A program made the position numbers and the translations under genes. Shown in pieces: positions 62,690 to 64,000 of a DNA stretch of 64,000 nt. The notes below the pieces were generated by a model, which did no database searches, had not been told where the DNA came from, and saw nothing but the letters and a program-made list of their open reading frames with translations. The stretch lies in NCBI GenBank assembly GCA_002269645.1, contig NIVC01001348.1:1-64000 (forward strand), given 5' to 3'. How positions within the stretch are numbered: position 1 is the first letter of the stretch; each line of letters opens with the position of its first letter. The stretch comes from Macrostomum lignano. Its lineage: Eukaryota.

Positions 62690-63935
62690 CAGTCAGCTCA
62701 CTCAGCTCCGCAACCATTAGGATCCGCTCACTCAGCTCCGCAACCATTAGGATCCGCTCACTCAGCTCACTCAGCTCCGCAACCATTAGGATCCGCTCAC
62801 TCAGCTCCGCAACCATTAGGATCCGCTCACTCAGCTCCGCAACCATCAGAATCGCCTCACTCAGCTTCGCAACCATCAGAATCGCCTCACTCAGCTCAAC
62901 AACCATCAGAATCGCCTCACTCAGCTCAACAACCATCAGAATCGCCTCACTCAGCTCAACAACCATCAGAATCGCCTCACTCAGCTCAACAACCATCAGA
63001 ATCGCCTCACTCAGCTCAACAACCATCAGAATCGCCTCACTCAGCTCAACAACCATCAGAATCGCCTCACTCAGCTCAACAACCATCAGAATCGCCTCAC
63101 TCAGCTCAACAACCATCAGAATCGCCTCACTCAGCTCAACAACCATCAGAATCGCCTCACTCAGCTCAACAACCATCAGAATCGCCTCACTCAGCTCAAC
63201 AACCATCAGAATCGCCTCACTCAGCTCAACAACCATCAGAATCGCCTCACTCAGCTCAACAACCATCAGAATTGCCTCACTCAGCTCAACAACCATCAGA
63301 ATTGCCTCACTCAGCTCAACAACCATCAGAATTGCCTCACTCAGCTCAACAACCATCAGAATTGCCTCACTCAGCTCCGCAACCATCAGAATCGCCTCAC
63401 TCAGCTCAACAACCATCAGAATTGCCTCACTCAGCTCCGCAACCATCAGAATCGCCTCACTCAGCTCAACAACCATCAGAATCGCCTCACTCAGCTCAAC
63501 AACCATCAGAATCGCCTCACTCAGCTCAACAACCATCAGAATTGCCTCACTCAGCTCAACAACCATCAGAATTGCCTCACTCAGCTCCGCAACCATCAGA
63601 ATCGCCTCACTCAGCTCAACAACCATCAGAATTGCCTCACTCAGCTCCGCAACCATCAGAATCGCCTCACTCAGCTCAACAACCATCAGAATCGCCTCAC
63701 TCAGCTCAACAACCATCAGAATCGCCTCACTCAGCTCAACAACCATCAGAATCGCCTCACTCAGCTCAACAACCATCAGAATCGCCTCACTCAGCTCAAC
63801 AACCATCAGAATCGCCTCACTCAGCTCAACAACCATCAGAATCGCCTCACTCAGCTCAACAACCATTAGGACCCACTCACTCAGCTTCGCAACCATCAGA
63901 ATCGCCTCGCTCAGCTCAACAACCATTGGGACTTA
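62690..63935. repeat. 30-bp satellite (CTCACTCAGCTCAACAACCATCAGAATCGC)n, about 41 units
   Basis: Direct reading; open in three frames only because the monomer lacks stops. Confidence 0.96.
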
Positions 63936-64000
63936 CCCACAATAGAGACGTAAAAACAAAGCACTGATAACTTACCGGCTTGAAAAAGTAAAGACGCCAC

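Noticed and set aside
62615-63967. 420-450 aa ORFs in three frames (SPHSAQQPSE / SLSSTTIRIA / MVVELSEAIL repeats)
   Set aside because: They coincide exactly with a 30-bp satellite whose monomer has no stops; no splice or codon evidence favours any frame. A mucin-like exon cannot be fully excluded without RNA data.

Overview
Repeat-rich animal genomic DNA with GT-AG introns, GC-rich exons and a different minisatellite in almost every large intron; no prokaryotic features, CRISPR arrays, rRNA or intact tRNA were found. The style resembles a free-living flatworm such as Macrostomum (inference, not verified). Five genes were reconstructed by manual splicing. (1) A 5'-incomplete sphingosine-1-phosphate lyase on + (440-4587) carrying four single-base frameshifts. 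(2) A single-exon secreted, probably GPI-anchored protein with two copies of an unrecognised Cys-rich domain on + (19892-20848). (3) A 4-exon GPR153/GPR162-like orphan GPCR on - (34846-27799). (4) A 12-exon troponin T on + (37243-43542), head-to-head with the GPCR. (5) A 5'-incomplete SH2 + tyrosine-kinase-like pseudokinase + coiled-coil gene on - (54194-45307), lacking the Gly loop, the beta3 Lys and DFG. Interspersed elements include two tRNA-headed SINE families (one with a CORE/MIR-like domain), a hAT/Charlie-like element with an internal (TCTCC)n tract and a fold-back MITE-like element. About 40 tandem arrays are present, and most long ORFs in the supplied track are artefacts of them. Top leads are the pseudokinase, the novel surface protein, an array of MEF2 consensus sites upstream of troponin T, and the intron-filling minisatellites.
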